28,445 bases of DNA from Thermococcus sp. JdFR-02 (GCA_002009975.1 MTLP01000008.1:1-28445), one strand, 5' to 3'. Positions 1 through 8,698 are shown, numbered from the stretch's first letter. Notes: generated by a model not told the origin, from the letters alone. Translations and numbers: made by a program.

Positions 1-96
1 GCCTACACCCGGAGAATAATCTACGACCGCGACGTGGAGAAGATGGGGGTTGGCTTAGAAAAGCTGTGGGATTTTATTCGGCGAACAAGGGGATAG
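1..96 (+). CDS. 3' end of a CDS entering from the left (AYTRRIIYDRDVEKMGVGLEKLWDFIRRTRG*), product unknown
   Basis: Frame 1 is open from base 1 to TAG at 94-96 with protein-like composition, followed by AT-richer intergenic DNA. Too short to assign. Confidence 0.45.
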   Translation, partial: AYTRRIIYDRDVEKMGVGLEKLWDFIRRTRG

Positions 97-256
97 AGCG
101 CAATTTGAGCATAAGTCTGGAAAACCGGTTTGGACTTTTCTAATATTCAGGCGCAGATGGTTAGCGCATAAACATGTATTACCTCCGGCAATTACAGAAG
201 ACTATTTATATTACTGACGTTCATATATATTTGTTAGGGAAAGGGAGGTGAAATAA

Positions 257-628
257 ATGAGAGGGATGATTATTCTAGTAGTCCTCTTGACAACATTAGC
301 TGCTTCTGCTTCAGCCTTTACAGTAACTAAATGGAAGACCAAAGAACTCTCCGTGGCAGGAAATGTAACCTTTACATCATCCATTAGTGCTACAGACGGA
401 GAAACTATTACCATCAGCATAACGAACACCACAGCCACTATCAGCAATGTGGTACTGAAAAAAGCCACGCCTAAGCCTAAAAATTCCGCTGCATATATAG
501 ATAACATAGCTGTTGCTGGAGATGGAAAAAGCGTGAGCCTAGAGGTCAACAATGCCGGAAAGAAGACACTCCACCTGTGGCTCTACCTTAACACGGGCGA
601 GCACGTTGGTGTAAACGTCCATTTCTAA
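257..628 (+). CDS. Small secreted beta-rich protein (123 aa) with Sec signal peptide
   Basis: RBS GGAGGTGA just upstream; hydrophobic N-terminus ending ASA-SA|F; Thr/Ser/Val-rich beta-strand pattern; T-tract after the stop. Confidence 0.8.
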   Translation: MRGMIILVVLLTTLAASASAFTVTKWKTKELSVAGNVTFTSSISATDGETITISITNTTATISNVVLKKATPKPKNSAAYIDNIAVAGDGKSVSLEVNNAGKKTLHLWLYLNTGEHVGVNVHF

Positions 629-652
629 AATTCTCTCTTTTTTTTAATTTTG
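629..652 (+). terminator. Archaeal oligo-T terminator
   Basis: ttctctctttttttttaatttttg directly after the stop of 257..628. Confidence 0.55.
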
Positions 653-781
653 TTCATAAAAGGTACTGAAAGCCCCGAGGGGATAGCCTTGATCCTACTC
701 CGAAAACTTAAATAGTGTTCTGATTATTTATGAACTGCCGTTTTGTTTCTGACCAATTGCGTTTTCTGTCTTTTATTTTTC

Positions 782-1009
782 TCACTTTTTCAGCAGCTCG
801 AGGAACTCCTCCCTGCTCAGCCCTGCATCTTTGATTATTTTTCTGAGTAACCCTCTACCTATCTCCTCCCCTTTATGCACAGGTACCACACTTACTCTGC
901 CATCTTCGTGCCCCATTATCACATGGCTGCCCTTTTGCCTGAGAACTTTGAACCCTGCCTTTTCCAGCGCTTTAATAACCTTGTGGGCGGGCAGAGGTTT
1001 AAGCTTCAA
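782..1009 (-). CDS. hicA: HicA-family mRNA interferase toxin
   Basis: 75 aa with the HicA signature (ALEKAGF..RQKGSH..VVPVH..EIGRGLLRKIIKDAGLS); overlaps the upstream hicB. Confidence 0.95.
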   Translation of the reverse strand: MKLKPLPAHKVIKALEKAGFKVLRQKGSHVIMGHEDGRVSVVPVHKGEEIGRGLLRKIIKDAGLSREEFLELLKK

Positions 1010-1214
1010 CTACCTGCACTCCCACGAACTCCATCTCCGCTTCTTCACCCTCTCCCTTTACCTCCAGGTAAAGCTCTATTGCCTCTTTAATCCTCTTCAT
1101 CAGTTCATCCAGGCTCTTAGCTTGGGTGTGACATCCTGGCAAAGATGGAACACTTGCAACGAAGTAGCCATCTTCGTCCTTCTCAATAACGACACTGTAC
1201 TTTCTGCCCATCAA
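999..1214 (-). CDS. hicB: HicB-family antitoxin (short form, no DNA-binding domain)
   Basis: YSVVIEKDEDGYFVASVPSLPGCHTQAKSLDELMKRIKEAIELYLE is the HicB partial RNase H fold; adjacent to hicA. Confidence 0.95.
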   Translation of the reverse strand: MMGRKYSVVIEKDEDGYFVASVPSLPGCHTQAKSLDELMKRIKEAIELYLEVKGEGEEAEMEFVGVQVVEA

Positions 1215-1411
1215 CCTATTCTAAACTTGTAACCTTGTAAAGGTTGCATTGCTAGGTGACAGCAATGATAAGCCAAAAAATTAAATGCCTTGGAAAACCC
1301 TTACACCGGAAAAGCAAAAAACTACACGGCTGGTGCTGGAAAGAGCCCCGAGGGGGCTTACGACAAGAAGTTCTAATCCCCTTTTTAAAACATTTTTGAA
1401 AATACCGACAC

Positions 1412-1509
1412 TCAGTGGCATTTCAGTGGCACTCAGTGGCAGTCTTAGTTGCACCTCTCCCGCACGAGCAAACTCTCGTGCGCGCTGTCCCGGTACAGTG
1501 GCAGTGGCA
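1412..1509 (+). repeat. Cluster of (T)CAGTGGCA direct repeats plus an 8-bp inverted repeat
   Basis: TCAGTGGCA at 1412, 1423 and 1433; degenerate TTAGTTGCA at 1445; further overlapping CAGTGGCA copies in 1496-1509; CGCACGAG(1461-1468)-N6-CTCGTGCG(1475-1482); AT-rich run at 1381-1403. Confidence 0.85.
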
Positions 1510-1556
1510 CAGAGAGAGGGAAAAGAAAATACCTCTGCAGAAGGAGGTGGTATCTG

Positions 1557-2885
1557 ATGGGGGATATAGACATCCACAACATGGAACAGCGCTACAACAA
1601 CATCATAAAGGCAATAGAGGAGAGTACTATCCACGAGCGCAACAAGGAACTGATACTTGACTTTGCTGATAGCTGTCAGATCGGCTGGAACGGCACCAAG
1701 CTCTCTCTTGGCAGAGTGGTTAAGTATCTCAGCCACCTCAAAGAAATCGCCCTCATCCTTGGGGATAAGCCGTTTGACTACGTCACGGCAACCGACTTAA
1801 AAAGGATACTCAGAACAATATCCAGGGATCCTAAGAAGAGCAGTGAGTGGACACAGTACGACTACAGGGTTGCTTTAAGGAAGTTTTTCGCTTGGCTGAG
1901 GGAGGAATACGGTTACCCTGAAGACTATCCCGACAGAGAGGATCATATTCAGGCGCTGAATTTGATGAAGCTTGGCTTGGCAAAACATCCCTTAGAGGTA
2001 TCAAGGATCAAACCAAAGAAGCCCGACAAGCTCCGCGACAGGGACAAGATCCCCTCTAAAGAGTACATGAGATACCTCCGGAATGCCGCGGTAAACCCCA
2101 GAGACAGGGCTTACTTGGCAGTGTCGGAGGATTTGGGCCCCAGAATAGGGGGCATTGGCACGCGCAAGATAAAGCACGTGGAATTTGACGAGTTGGGCGC
2201 GAAGATCTACATGGAAGACAAGACGCTAAACGGCGAACCCGTGAGACTGACTTGGTCTTCGAGTTACCTTCGCGAATGGTTGGAGGTCCACCCCTTCAGA
2301 GACGATCCGGAGGCTCCCCTCTGGGTGAACCTCAGAGAGCTGGAGAGGCCGGTTCCTCTGGACTACGATGGGTTCCGCAGGATAATAAGCAGGGCGAGGC
2401 GTCGGCACAACCGTCGTGCAGAAGCGCTTGGCCTCCCAAAAATACCGCGTGATTTCGATACTTACGCGTTTCGATATTTCGCGCAGATACGTGATGAACT
2501 CAATGGCGTGCCAAGACGTGTCCAAGAGTTGCAGCGTGGTTGGGTACCTGGCTCAAAGCAGCCAAGCCGCTACGCTAGGCTTGTTGCCAAGGATGTGGAC
2601 GAGTACTTCAGAAAGAAGCTTGGCCTGAATAACGGAGAAAGAGACACCCCACAGGTTTGCCCGAGGTGCAAGGAAGTCAACCCCAACGACGTAATGTTCT
2701 GCCGGCGGTGCAGCATGCCGCTCAACGATGAGGCATCAAAGTACCGACAGAAGGTTGTGGAACTGGCATTAAGGATGTTGGCAGATCCCGATCTAAGTAA
2801 AATATTCCAGCAACTTGTTGCCGAGCAAGCTTCACTTTTCCTGCGCTCGGATAAAAAAGATGAAGGAGGGGTGATAGGAATATGA
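1557..2885 (+). CDS. Tyrosine recombinase/integrase with N-terminal SAM-like domain and C-terminal Zn ribbon
   Basis: Start moved to ATG 1557, which has RBS GGAGGTGG at 1543-1550. Motifs: NPRDRA..GPRIG (Arg I), DKT (Lys), YAFR (in place of HxxR), GWVPGSKQPSRY (Trp and catalytic Tyr), CPRC..CRRC ribbon typical of euryarchaeal integrases. Confidence 0.93.
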   Translation: MGDIDIHNMEQRYNNIIKAIEESTIHERNKELILDFADSCQIGWNGTKLSLGRVVKYLSHLKEIALILGDKPFDYVTATDLKRILRTISRDPKKSSEWTQYDYRVALRKFFAWLREEYGYPEDYPDREDHIQALNLMKLGLAKHPLEVSRIKPKKPDKLRDRDKIPSKEYMRYLRNAAVNPRDRAYLAVSEDLGPRIGGIGTRKIKHVEFDELGAKIYMEDKTLNGEPVRLTWSSSYLREWLEVHPFRDDPEAPLWVNLRELERPVPLDYDGFRRIISRARRRHNRRAEALGLPKIPRDFDTYAFRYFAQIRDELNGVPRRVQELQRGWVPGSKQPSRYARLVAKDVDEYFRKKLGLNNGERDTPQVCPRCKEVNPNDVMFCRRCSMPLNDEASKYRQKVVELALRMLADPDLSKIFQQLVAEQASLFLRSDKKDEGGVIGI

Positions 2886-3949
2886 TGAGGGGTATGTTGT
2901 CTCTCTTCAGAAGAATAGAAGTTTTCGACGACACGTATTTGCCAGAAAATTTCCTCCACCGCGATCGCGAGATGGAGGAGTTAATGGCATGCATAAAGCC
3001 GCTTGAGCACGGAATTCAGGGCTACAACGCTCTTCTGCATGGCAGACCTGCCACAGGGAAGACCACCGCGGTGCAGAAGGTCTTCCAGCAAATAGAGGAG
3101 TCTAGTTCCCGCATCCGCTGTGTTTACGTCAATGTCGCCCTAAAACCGAGTGCTTGGGGCACGTTGGCTGAAGCGTGTTTGAGGCTTACTGGGCAGAACG
3201 CCCTACCAGACAAGGGTACTGGGGTAATACACTTAGTGGACAGCATCTTCCGAAAGCTATCTAAGAAGAGAAATTCCCTTGTGTTGTGCCTGGACGAGTT
3301 CACGTCAATGCCCACGAAGGAACTTCAAACGGTGGTTGCGCCGTTCCTTCGCCCCTGGGAATTTAGCGCTGTATCGCGTGAAGTCAAAACCTCTATAATC
3401 CTTGTATCTTCCTCACTGCAATCCCCACGATTCAGGTCGGCAGTGGTCTCTAGCTTATGCCCTAGGTGGATTGAGTTCAAACCCTACAGTGCTGAGCAAA
3501 TGCACGATATCCTAAAAGTGAGGGCTGAGGCTGGCTTCGGTCCCAGAGTGGTGAGCGATGAAGCGCTGTGGCTACTCGCAACTGCAGCGAAAGACCTGAG
3601 GCATGCGATTCGCTTGTTGCGCCTAGCAGGCGAAATTGCAGAATCTCGGGGAACTAAGGTAGGGGTTGATGATGTGGAAAAGGCTTTTGAGCGGCTCCCA
3701 GATTCTCATGTGGCTTCAATGAGGCTCAGCGAAGCTGAGAGAAGAATACTAGACGAGATACAGTCTCGTGGCAGCATGCGTTCAGGCGAGATTTACTCTT
3801 TTTCGGAGAGAGAGCTTGGACTGAAGCGAACTAGAACGCGTCAAATCCTCGCGAGTATGATTAGGAAAGGTATACTAAACTCGGAAACGGTGAACCATAG
3901 GGGGCTGACGAAAGTGTTTACTGTCGCTAGGGGGTGGAAGAGTTGCTGA
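2882..3949 (+). CDS. cdc6: Orc1/Cdc6-type replication initiator (AAA+ plus winged helix)
   Basis: YLPENFLHRDRE N-terminal motif, Walker A GRPATGKT, Walker B LCLDE, IEFKPYSAEQMHDILKVRA, sensor-2 DLRHAI, C-terminal wH; ATGA overlap with the integrase stop. Confidence 0.93.
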   Translation: MMRGMLSLFRRIEVFDDTYLPENFLHRDREMEELMACIKPLEHGIQGYNALLHGRPATGKTTAVQKVFQQIEESSSRIRCVYVNVALKPSAWGTLAEACLRLTGQNALPDKGTGVIHLVDSIFRKLSKKRNSLVLCLDEFTSMPTKELQTVVAPFLRPWEFSAVSREVKTSIILVSSSLQSPRFRSAVVSSLCPRWIEFKPYSAEQMHDILKVRAEAGFGPRVVSDEALWLLATAAKDLRHAIRLLRLAGEIAESRGTKVGVDDVEKAFERLPDSHVASMRLSEAERRILDEIQSRGSMRSGEIYSFSERELGLKRTRTRQILASMIRKGILNSETVNHRGLTKVFTVARGWKSC

Positions 3950-4815
3950 CCTGCCCCGAGTGCGGCGGCACGGTTGTATATGAGGGTGGCGAGCATGTTT
4001 GCACTGAGTGCGGGCTTGTCGTCGGCGACGGCATAGCCACCACGGAAAAATACGTTAGCTTCACAAGCGTCGACCACCACGAGAAGATCACAAGCGTAAT
4101 GGACAACCCGCTCAGGAAGAGGGGCAACAAGGTACACACGAAGACCCCTGAGGAGAAGCGTGATGATACCGTGCACCACTTGCTGGAGAACTGCAGGGCA
4201 CCAGATTACATACGCTCTACCGCAAAGATGCTCGCGGGCAAGTACTTCAGAGCTGGTGGGGACATCCGCAAGATCGGCAGCAACGAGGACTTTGTGGCTG
4301 CGCTGCTGTACCTGAGCTACCGCCTCTGCAAGCAGGTACCTCCAAGCGAACTAGGCGATGCGGAAAAAGTACAGACCCGGGTGAGCAAGATTGTCAGGGT
4401 GTTGCGCAGTGTAGGTGCCAATGTGCCCATATATTCGGTCTCTCCCGGGGCGCACGAGCTGATACCTGTTCTGTGCAGAAAGCTTGGCAGGCCCGAACTT
4501 GCAGACAACGCGCTCAAACTGCTCGCATCCTTACCACACAGCAGCCAAATGCCAGCCACGCGGGCAGCGGTGTGTGTCTACGAGGCATTCCATAGGGAGG
4601 GTGTAAAGGTAACCTTCAAAGAGGTGGCAAAGGCAGCAGGCATCAACTCCAGCACTGTGTCAAAGAGCTACAATGAAGTCTTCAAGTCCAATAAAGAAAA
4701 GAAAGATATAGGGCAGGATACCCAGATACCAGTGAGGGGAATAGCAGCGAGCGAGTTTTTGACTGTGTTGCATCACACCCTGCTCAGGCTCTCTAACATC
4801 AAACAGGGAGGATAA
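3934..4815 (+). CDS. tfb: Divergent transcription factor B (TFB/TFIIB) homologue
   Basis: N-terminal Zn ribbon CPECGG..VCTECGLVV, two cyclin-like repeats (FVAALLYLSYRL; PATRAAVCVYEA), C-terminal HTH VTFKEVAKAAGINSSTVSKSY; GTG start overlapping the cdc6 end. Confidence 0.85.
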   Translation: MEELLTCPECGGTVVYEGGEHVCTECGLVVGDGIATTEKYVSFTSVDHHEKITSVMDNPLRKRGNKVHTKTPEEKRDDTVHHLLENCRAPDYIRSTAKMLAGKYFRAGGDIRKIGSNEDFVAALLYLSYRLCKQVPPSELGDAEKVQTRVSKIVRVLRSVGANVPIYSVSPGAHELIPVLCRKLGRPELADNALKLLASLPHSSQMPATRAAVCVYEAFHREGVKVTFKEVAKAAGINSSTVSKSYNEVFKSNKEKKDIGQDTQIPVRGIAASEFLTVLHHTLLRLSNIKQGG

Positions 4816-4830
4816 AAAACCCTCGCTTTT

Positions 4831-5175
4831 TTAGCGTCTGATTTGTGGCCGGTATATTTCTCTCGTAAGTTCCAGTGAGTCTGCCAAATGACTACCTTCT
4901 GATATGATTGGCTTTCTTATATTGCCGCACGAGTTGCTGTTCATACCAAGCACACATACCCTTGCTTGAATGAGAATCATCCCATCCCGCTCCACACTCT
5001 CCTCGTTCTTCCTCCTATCCGCCCTTGACAGGGCGCAGTTTAGGCACCTGTTCTTATGCGCAACTCCAGCTTTTGCCACCTGCAGCAATGCATCCCTCAG
5101 TTCGTCTAAAGGTATCCCGAGCTTCTCGGCGAAAGGTACATAGCTTTTGAGAAGTTTCTCAAAGTCAGCGGTCAT
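4831..5175 (-). CDS. Small Cys-containing hypothetical protein (CLNC..C..C), downstream of the MinD-like gene
   Basis: 114-aa ORF with a G-rich RBS, co-oriented 20 bp after the MinD-like stop. Confidence 0.7.
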   Translation of the reverse strand: MTADFEKLLKSYVPFAEKLGIPLDELRDALLQVAKAGVAHKNRCLNCALSRADRRKNEESVERDGMILIQARVCVLGMNSNSCGNIRKPIISEGSHLADSLELTREIYRPQIRR

Positions 5176-5194
5176 CTGCCACCCCTGCTCACAC

Positions 5195-6070
5195 TCACTC
5201 CTTTTTACGAAGGATACTCCTCAGGATACGCATCCGCCGCAACGCTTCGAGTACGCCCCCTCTCCTGTCCCTGCTCTCCTGCACAGATATGTCCTCCCAG
5301 CCTTCCCTCCCAGCAATCTTCGCTGCAAGTTGCCTTATCGCAATAGCTGCTGGATCATCTGGCTTGTACGTTACCAAACACTCCCAGCGTTCGATTGCCT
5401 CCTCTACCGCGGGAGAGTAGGGCACTATCTGCACTACTTCAACGCCATGCTTTTTGAAGAAATTCCTGACCTTCTCCTCCTCGCCCCTGATCACGGCGTT
5501 GGCTATGACACCATCTATCAGCCTCTCGTCTCTCTTGAGAGTTTTCATTGCGAGGTTACTCAGAGTTCCTATCATCTGCTCTCCAGCTGTGAGAGAGTCC
5601 TGCGTCGGCCTCACGACAAGGTAGCAGGTTCCCACGAGTGAGAAGAAGTAGTGCAGTGTTGTTTTCCCGGCAGGAAGGTCAATTATGGCGAAACTGGTGT
5701 GGTCATCGAAAAACTGAAGCAGCAGGGAAAGCTTCTTCCTCAGAAGCTCCTTGTTTTTCAGGCTCGGGTGCGGTTCAAACCCCCTCACGTTTGGCATCAC
5801 AAGCAGGTTGTTCATCACTGAGGAGCGGACAACTGCGTCCTCTGGCAGAACCTCCGGATCTCTAAAGAAATCAAAGATATCCTTCCTGGGGGTGGTGCTG
5901 GGGCCAAGCAACATGCTTGTGGTTCTGCTCCCCGGGTCAACATCCACCATAATGACATTCTCCCCGGGGCACATCTGTGCGAATGCCACACCTAGATTGG
6001 AAGCTATGAAAGTCTTGCCAGTGCCGCCCTTGTTGCTGAGCAACACGATCACTTTAGTCCTCTGCTCCAT
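5195..6070 (-). CDS. minD: MinD/ParA-family ATPase
   Basis: Deviant Walker A SNKGGTGKT, VDVDP (switch I), IIDLPAG (Walker B), VPYSPAVEEA, P..PAAIAIRQLA, basic amphipathic C-terminus resembling a membrane-targeting sequence. Confidence 0.92.
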   Translation of the reverse strand: MEQRTKVIVLLSNKGGTGKTFIASNLGVAFAQMCPGENVIMVDVDPGSRTTSMLLGPSTTPRKDIFDFFRDPEVLPEDAVVRSSVMNNLLVMPNVRGFEPHPSLKNKELLRKKLSLLLQFFDDHTSFAIIDLPAGKTTLHYFFSLVGTCYLVVRPTQDSLTAGEQMIGTLSNLAMKTLKRDERLIDGVIANAVIRGEEEKVRNFFKKHGVEVVQIVPYSPAVEEAIERWECLVTYKPDDPAAIAIRQLAAKIAGREGWEDISVQESRDRRGGVLEALRRMRILRSILRKKE

Positions 6071-6113
6071 CTCGCACCACCTGTTCGTCTATCCGACCTG
6101 ACACGTAGGGAGG

Positions 6114-6128
6114 GTGGAAGTATATAAA
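6114..6128 (-). promoter_or_regulatory. TATA-containing motif TTTATATACTTCCAC upstream of the MinD-like gene
   Basis: Exact 15-bp match to 8775-8789 (+); lies 44 bp upstream of the start at 6070. Confidence 0.7.
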
Positions 6129-6136
6129 TACCCAGC

Positions 6137-7063
6137 TCAGCGCAACCCCTTCACCGGCAAGACGTACTTCACCATGCGTCTGAGCAGGTGTATTAACCTA
6201 CCACCCCCAACAGTGGAGAGCACAGCTACCATTGACACCGTCACTGCCATACCCGAGATTGCTGGGATGAGGTAGAGCCAGAGTAGCACCTCGTCCACGT
6301 ACCAGTCGAAGAACTCATTCCAGAGCTCGATCAGCACTGGTATCGCAGGTGGAAGTGCTATGAGCCTCAGCGGGAAAAGGAGCGGCAGAGCGGTCGGGAA
6401 GAAGCCAAGAGGAGGTTCCGCGTTTACACCAATCTCATGGTCAAGAGGCATAATCAACCCTACGAGCGTTGCTGGTAGAACAAGCCAGAGGGCGATTGCT
6501 GCTGCCACGAGGAAAGCCCCTGCGTAGCGCATCCCTGGCACAAGCAGAAACACCATCCCAAAGGGGAAAAGTGTGCTCATCGCGTAGTTATGCCCGAACC
6601 TGAGCAAAGCCAACACAACTGCCACAGCTTCGCCAGCGTCGTAGAGCCTGTCGAGCACGCGCGTCAGCATTTGTGAGATCGCCTTCGCCGGAAACCCGAG
6701 TAGCGGGACTGCACCACCAATGGAACCTACAGACTTCACAACAGCCGCCTGCACACTCGCCGAGACGATGCGCTTCAGGTGTGCACTGACGAATTCCTCT
6801 GCGGTGTTGTAGAGCGCATCCACGTGCAACGCTTCTCCAGCAACTTGGAAGCCATGGGCGAGCGCAAAGATCACGAGCGTCACTTGGCCGACAGCGCTCA
6901 ACACGCGCACCTGAGCTTCGCTTAGCTCTCTATCGCTCATTACGGGCACGAGTACCAGGAGGTGGAACACCCTGAGCAGAACCGCTGCGGTGCCAAGGTA
7001 TATCGCAAGCCTAAGGTAAGATTCAACTGCCGGGTCCACACTAACCACCTCACTCGTATTCAT
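6137..7063 (-). CDS. Polytopic membrane protein, CedA/VirB6-like DNA-transfer channel candidate
   Basis: About 6-7 hydrophobic segments; LFPFGMVFLLVPGMRYAGAFLVAAAIALWLVLP recalls the conserved P..R..GA.L core of CedA-type proteins; clustered with pilin and VirB4-like genes. Confidence 0.6.
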   Translation of the reverse strand: MNTSEVVSVDPAVESYLRLAIYLGTAAVLLRVFHLLVLVPVMSDRELSEAQVRVLSAVGQVTLVIFALAHGFQVAGEALHVDALYNTAEEFVSAHLKRIVSASVQAAVVKSVGSIGGAVPLLGFPAKAISQMLTRVLDRLYDAGEAVAVVLALLRFGHNYAMSTLFPFGMVFLLVPGMRYAGAFLVAAAIALWLVLPATLVGLIMPLDHEIGVNAEPPLGFFPTALPLLFPLRLIALPPAIPVLIELWNEFFDWYVDEVLLWLYLIPAISGMAVTVSMVAVLSTVGGGRLIHLLRRMVKYVLPVKGLR

Positions 7064-7343
7064 CGAGTGCTTCCAGAGCCTCGTCTGTCAGTGCGTCCAG
7101 CAGAGGCTTCCTCAACCTGCCAGTGTTACCAGTATCTAGGAGGTATCCTCCCTCTGCAACGGCGCGCAGGACATCTTTACCAAAGAGTCCCGTATCCTCT
7201 AAGTATCCTTCTTCCAGCTTGCCCCTCCTGAAGAAAAGGTAACCTACTTGCTTTATTTTACCCTGAGAACTTTGCAGCACCCTGACGAGCCCGGAGTACC
7301 TCGAGGAGAGAAGTCGCTCCACTTCGGAGCCATCGAGTATCAC
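7050..7343 (-). CDS. Small soluble protein, DUF2226/PatA-N-like domain (97 aa)
   Basis: Start moved to GTG 7343 (GTGA overlap with the upstream stop); YSGLVRV..GYLFFRRGKLEEGY..G.FGKDVL pattern. Confidence 0.6.
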   Translation of the reverse strand: MILDGSEVERLLSSRYSGLVRVLQSSQGKIKQVGYLFFRRGKLEEGYLEDTGLFGKDVLRAVAEGGYLLDTGNTGRLRKPLLDALTDEALEALDEYE

Positions 7344-7846
7344 ACGAGAACCCCCAAGCTGTATCCGACGTACGCAGAAACGGCGAAAACAGCCAAGGCG
7401 AGGGCGGCGCGCTTGCTCCTTGCATGAAGATGCACGCCGAAGGCAGAGGAGGATATGCACAGAAAGAGGTTCACTACAAGCGCCGCAACAGCGGTTATTA
7501 TCACTCTCTGTGCGGGAACTGCGCCCTGAAGTTGCTCAAGAGAAGTAGAACCACCCACAGCACTTGGCAGGATGTCAAGCAAGCCGAGAACCTTCACAAG
7601 CGGAGCATACAGTGCGGCGGTGTGCACACCGTAAGCAAGGGAAACTACGATACCAGCATACCCGTAGTATAAGGCACTCCCGAGCAGCAGAACCAGTAAA
7701 GCCATCAGCACATCCTCCAGTGGGAAAAGCTTTCCCAGCCATGCAAGTTCTGGCATGAGGTAGTGGCTGGCAGCACCAGCTAGGTATGCCAGTACGGCGA
7801 GAAACATCGCTTCCTCCTCGCGGAGCAACGCCGTTTCACTGTCCAT
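7340..7846 (-). CDS. Small polytopic membrane protein (about 5 TM), first gene of the CedA-like operon
   Basis: Start moved to ATG 7846 after RBS GGTGAGAGGTG; mostly hydrophobic; coupled to 7343 and 7063. Confidence 0.75.
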   Translation of the reverse strand: MDSETALLREEEAMFLAVLAYLAGAASHYLMPELAWLGKLFPLEDVLMALLVLLLGSALYYGYAGIVVSLAYGVHTAALYAPLVKVLGLLDILPSAVGGSTSLEQLQGAVPAQRVIITAVAALVVNLFLCISSSAFGVHLHARSKRAALALAVFAVSAYVGYSLGVLV

Positions 7847-7894
7847 ATTTCCGACACCTCTCACCTTCAAAACCGCCACCCTCCTGAGAGGGAC

Positions 7895-7908
7895 GGAAGT
7901 ATATAAAG
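7895..7908 (-). promoter_or_regulatory. TATA motif CTTTATATACTTCC upstream of the 7846 operon
   Basis: Third copy of the shared motif, about 50 bp upstream of ATG 7846, in a divergent intergenic gap. Confidence 0.65.
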
Positions 7909-7930
7909 ATCATCCGCTTCCTTCCGCCTG

Positions 7931-8698
7931 ATGAACAGCAGATACATTGACTATGTGTTGTACTCAGCGCTCCTCCTTGGCGTCTTTGCAAGCATAGCGG
8001 GAGGGGTGCTGATGCTCTCACCGCACCTGGTCCTTTCCGGATTGGGGATAATAGCGGTCAGCGCGCTTCTGCTGAGGTTTGGTAATTGGCTGATACCTGC
8101 GTTGCTAGGCGTCAGTGGAACCCACCCTGTGTACGAGGCGCTGGAGTTGGAGGAAGACGCAGTACTGTTCCGTGAGGGTGGTGAGTGGGTTGCGGTGGGG
8201 TTTGTAATACTGGAGATACACATGAGTCCCCTTGAAGAGGGCGAGAAGCAGCAGCTTGCATACTTCAGCCTGCTCAGCAACTTTTACACTCACCTGCCAG
8301 AAGAGACGGTTATATCCATGTACCTCTCGCCAGTTGACATTGACGCCTACAGGCGTGAGCTGAAGAGGAAACTTCATACTGCACTGAGTGACCTGACAGA
8401 GGCGCAGCGCAAAGGGGAGGCAGGAAAAGAGAGGCAGCTGAAGCTGAAGGTGAAGGAGTTAGAGAAGCAGCTGGAGGCCATTGACCTTGACCGCCCCATT
8501 GATGTCGCCTTCGTCGCTAAGGTCGCGGCAAGAAATACATCCCGCGATGCGGCGCTCCAGACCATGAGGGAGAGGCGCACTAGGCTGGAGAGCACCGTGC
8601 GTGGGGTTCTCAGAGTGAGTACCCGCGTGGCAAGAGGGACAGAGATGGTTGATGTAATGAGGCTTGTGATGGCAATACCACAGCGAGAGTTTTTCTGA
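7931..8698 (+). CDS. Membrane-anchored coiled-coil protein, candidate VirB3/VirB4-N-terminal-like partner of the transfer ATPase
   Basis: Two N-terminal TM helices, then an alpha/beta domain interrupted by a coiled coil (RRELKRKLHTALSDLTEAQRK..LKVKELEKQLEAI); gene context. Confidence 0.55.
   Translation: MNSRYIDYVLYSALLLGVFASIAGGVLMLSPHLVLSGLGIIAVSALLLRFGNWLIPALLGVSGTHPVYEALELEEDAVLFREGGEWVAVGFVILEIHMSPLEEGEKQQLAYFSLLSNFYTHLPEETVISMYLSPVDIDAYRRELKRKLHTALSDLTEAQRKGEAGKERQLKLKVKELEKQLEAIDLDRPIDVAFVAKVAARNTSRDAALQTMRERRTRLESTVRGVLRVSTRVARGTEMVDVMRLVMAIPQREFF

Noticed and set aside
1412-1509. CRISPR array
   Set aside because: Repeats are 8-9 bp with 1-2 bp gaps and no spacers; no cas genes in the window.
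1215-1556. tRNA gene or tRNA fragment as the integration target
   Set aside because: No T-arm (GTTCRAATC) or cloverleaf on either strand; the GCCCCGAGGGG hairpin alone is insufficient.
1449-1556. N-terminal extension of the integrase given in the ORF track
   Set aside because: It runs through the repeat region; a strong RBS supports ATG 1557.
1281-1736. Shadow ORFs 1281..1736 (-), 1285..1557 (+), 1415..1660 (+)
   Set aside because: They overlap the integrase or repeat region and show no motifs or RBS.
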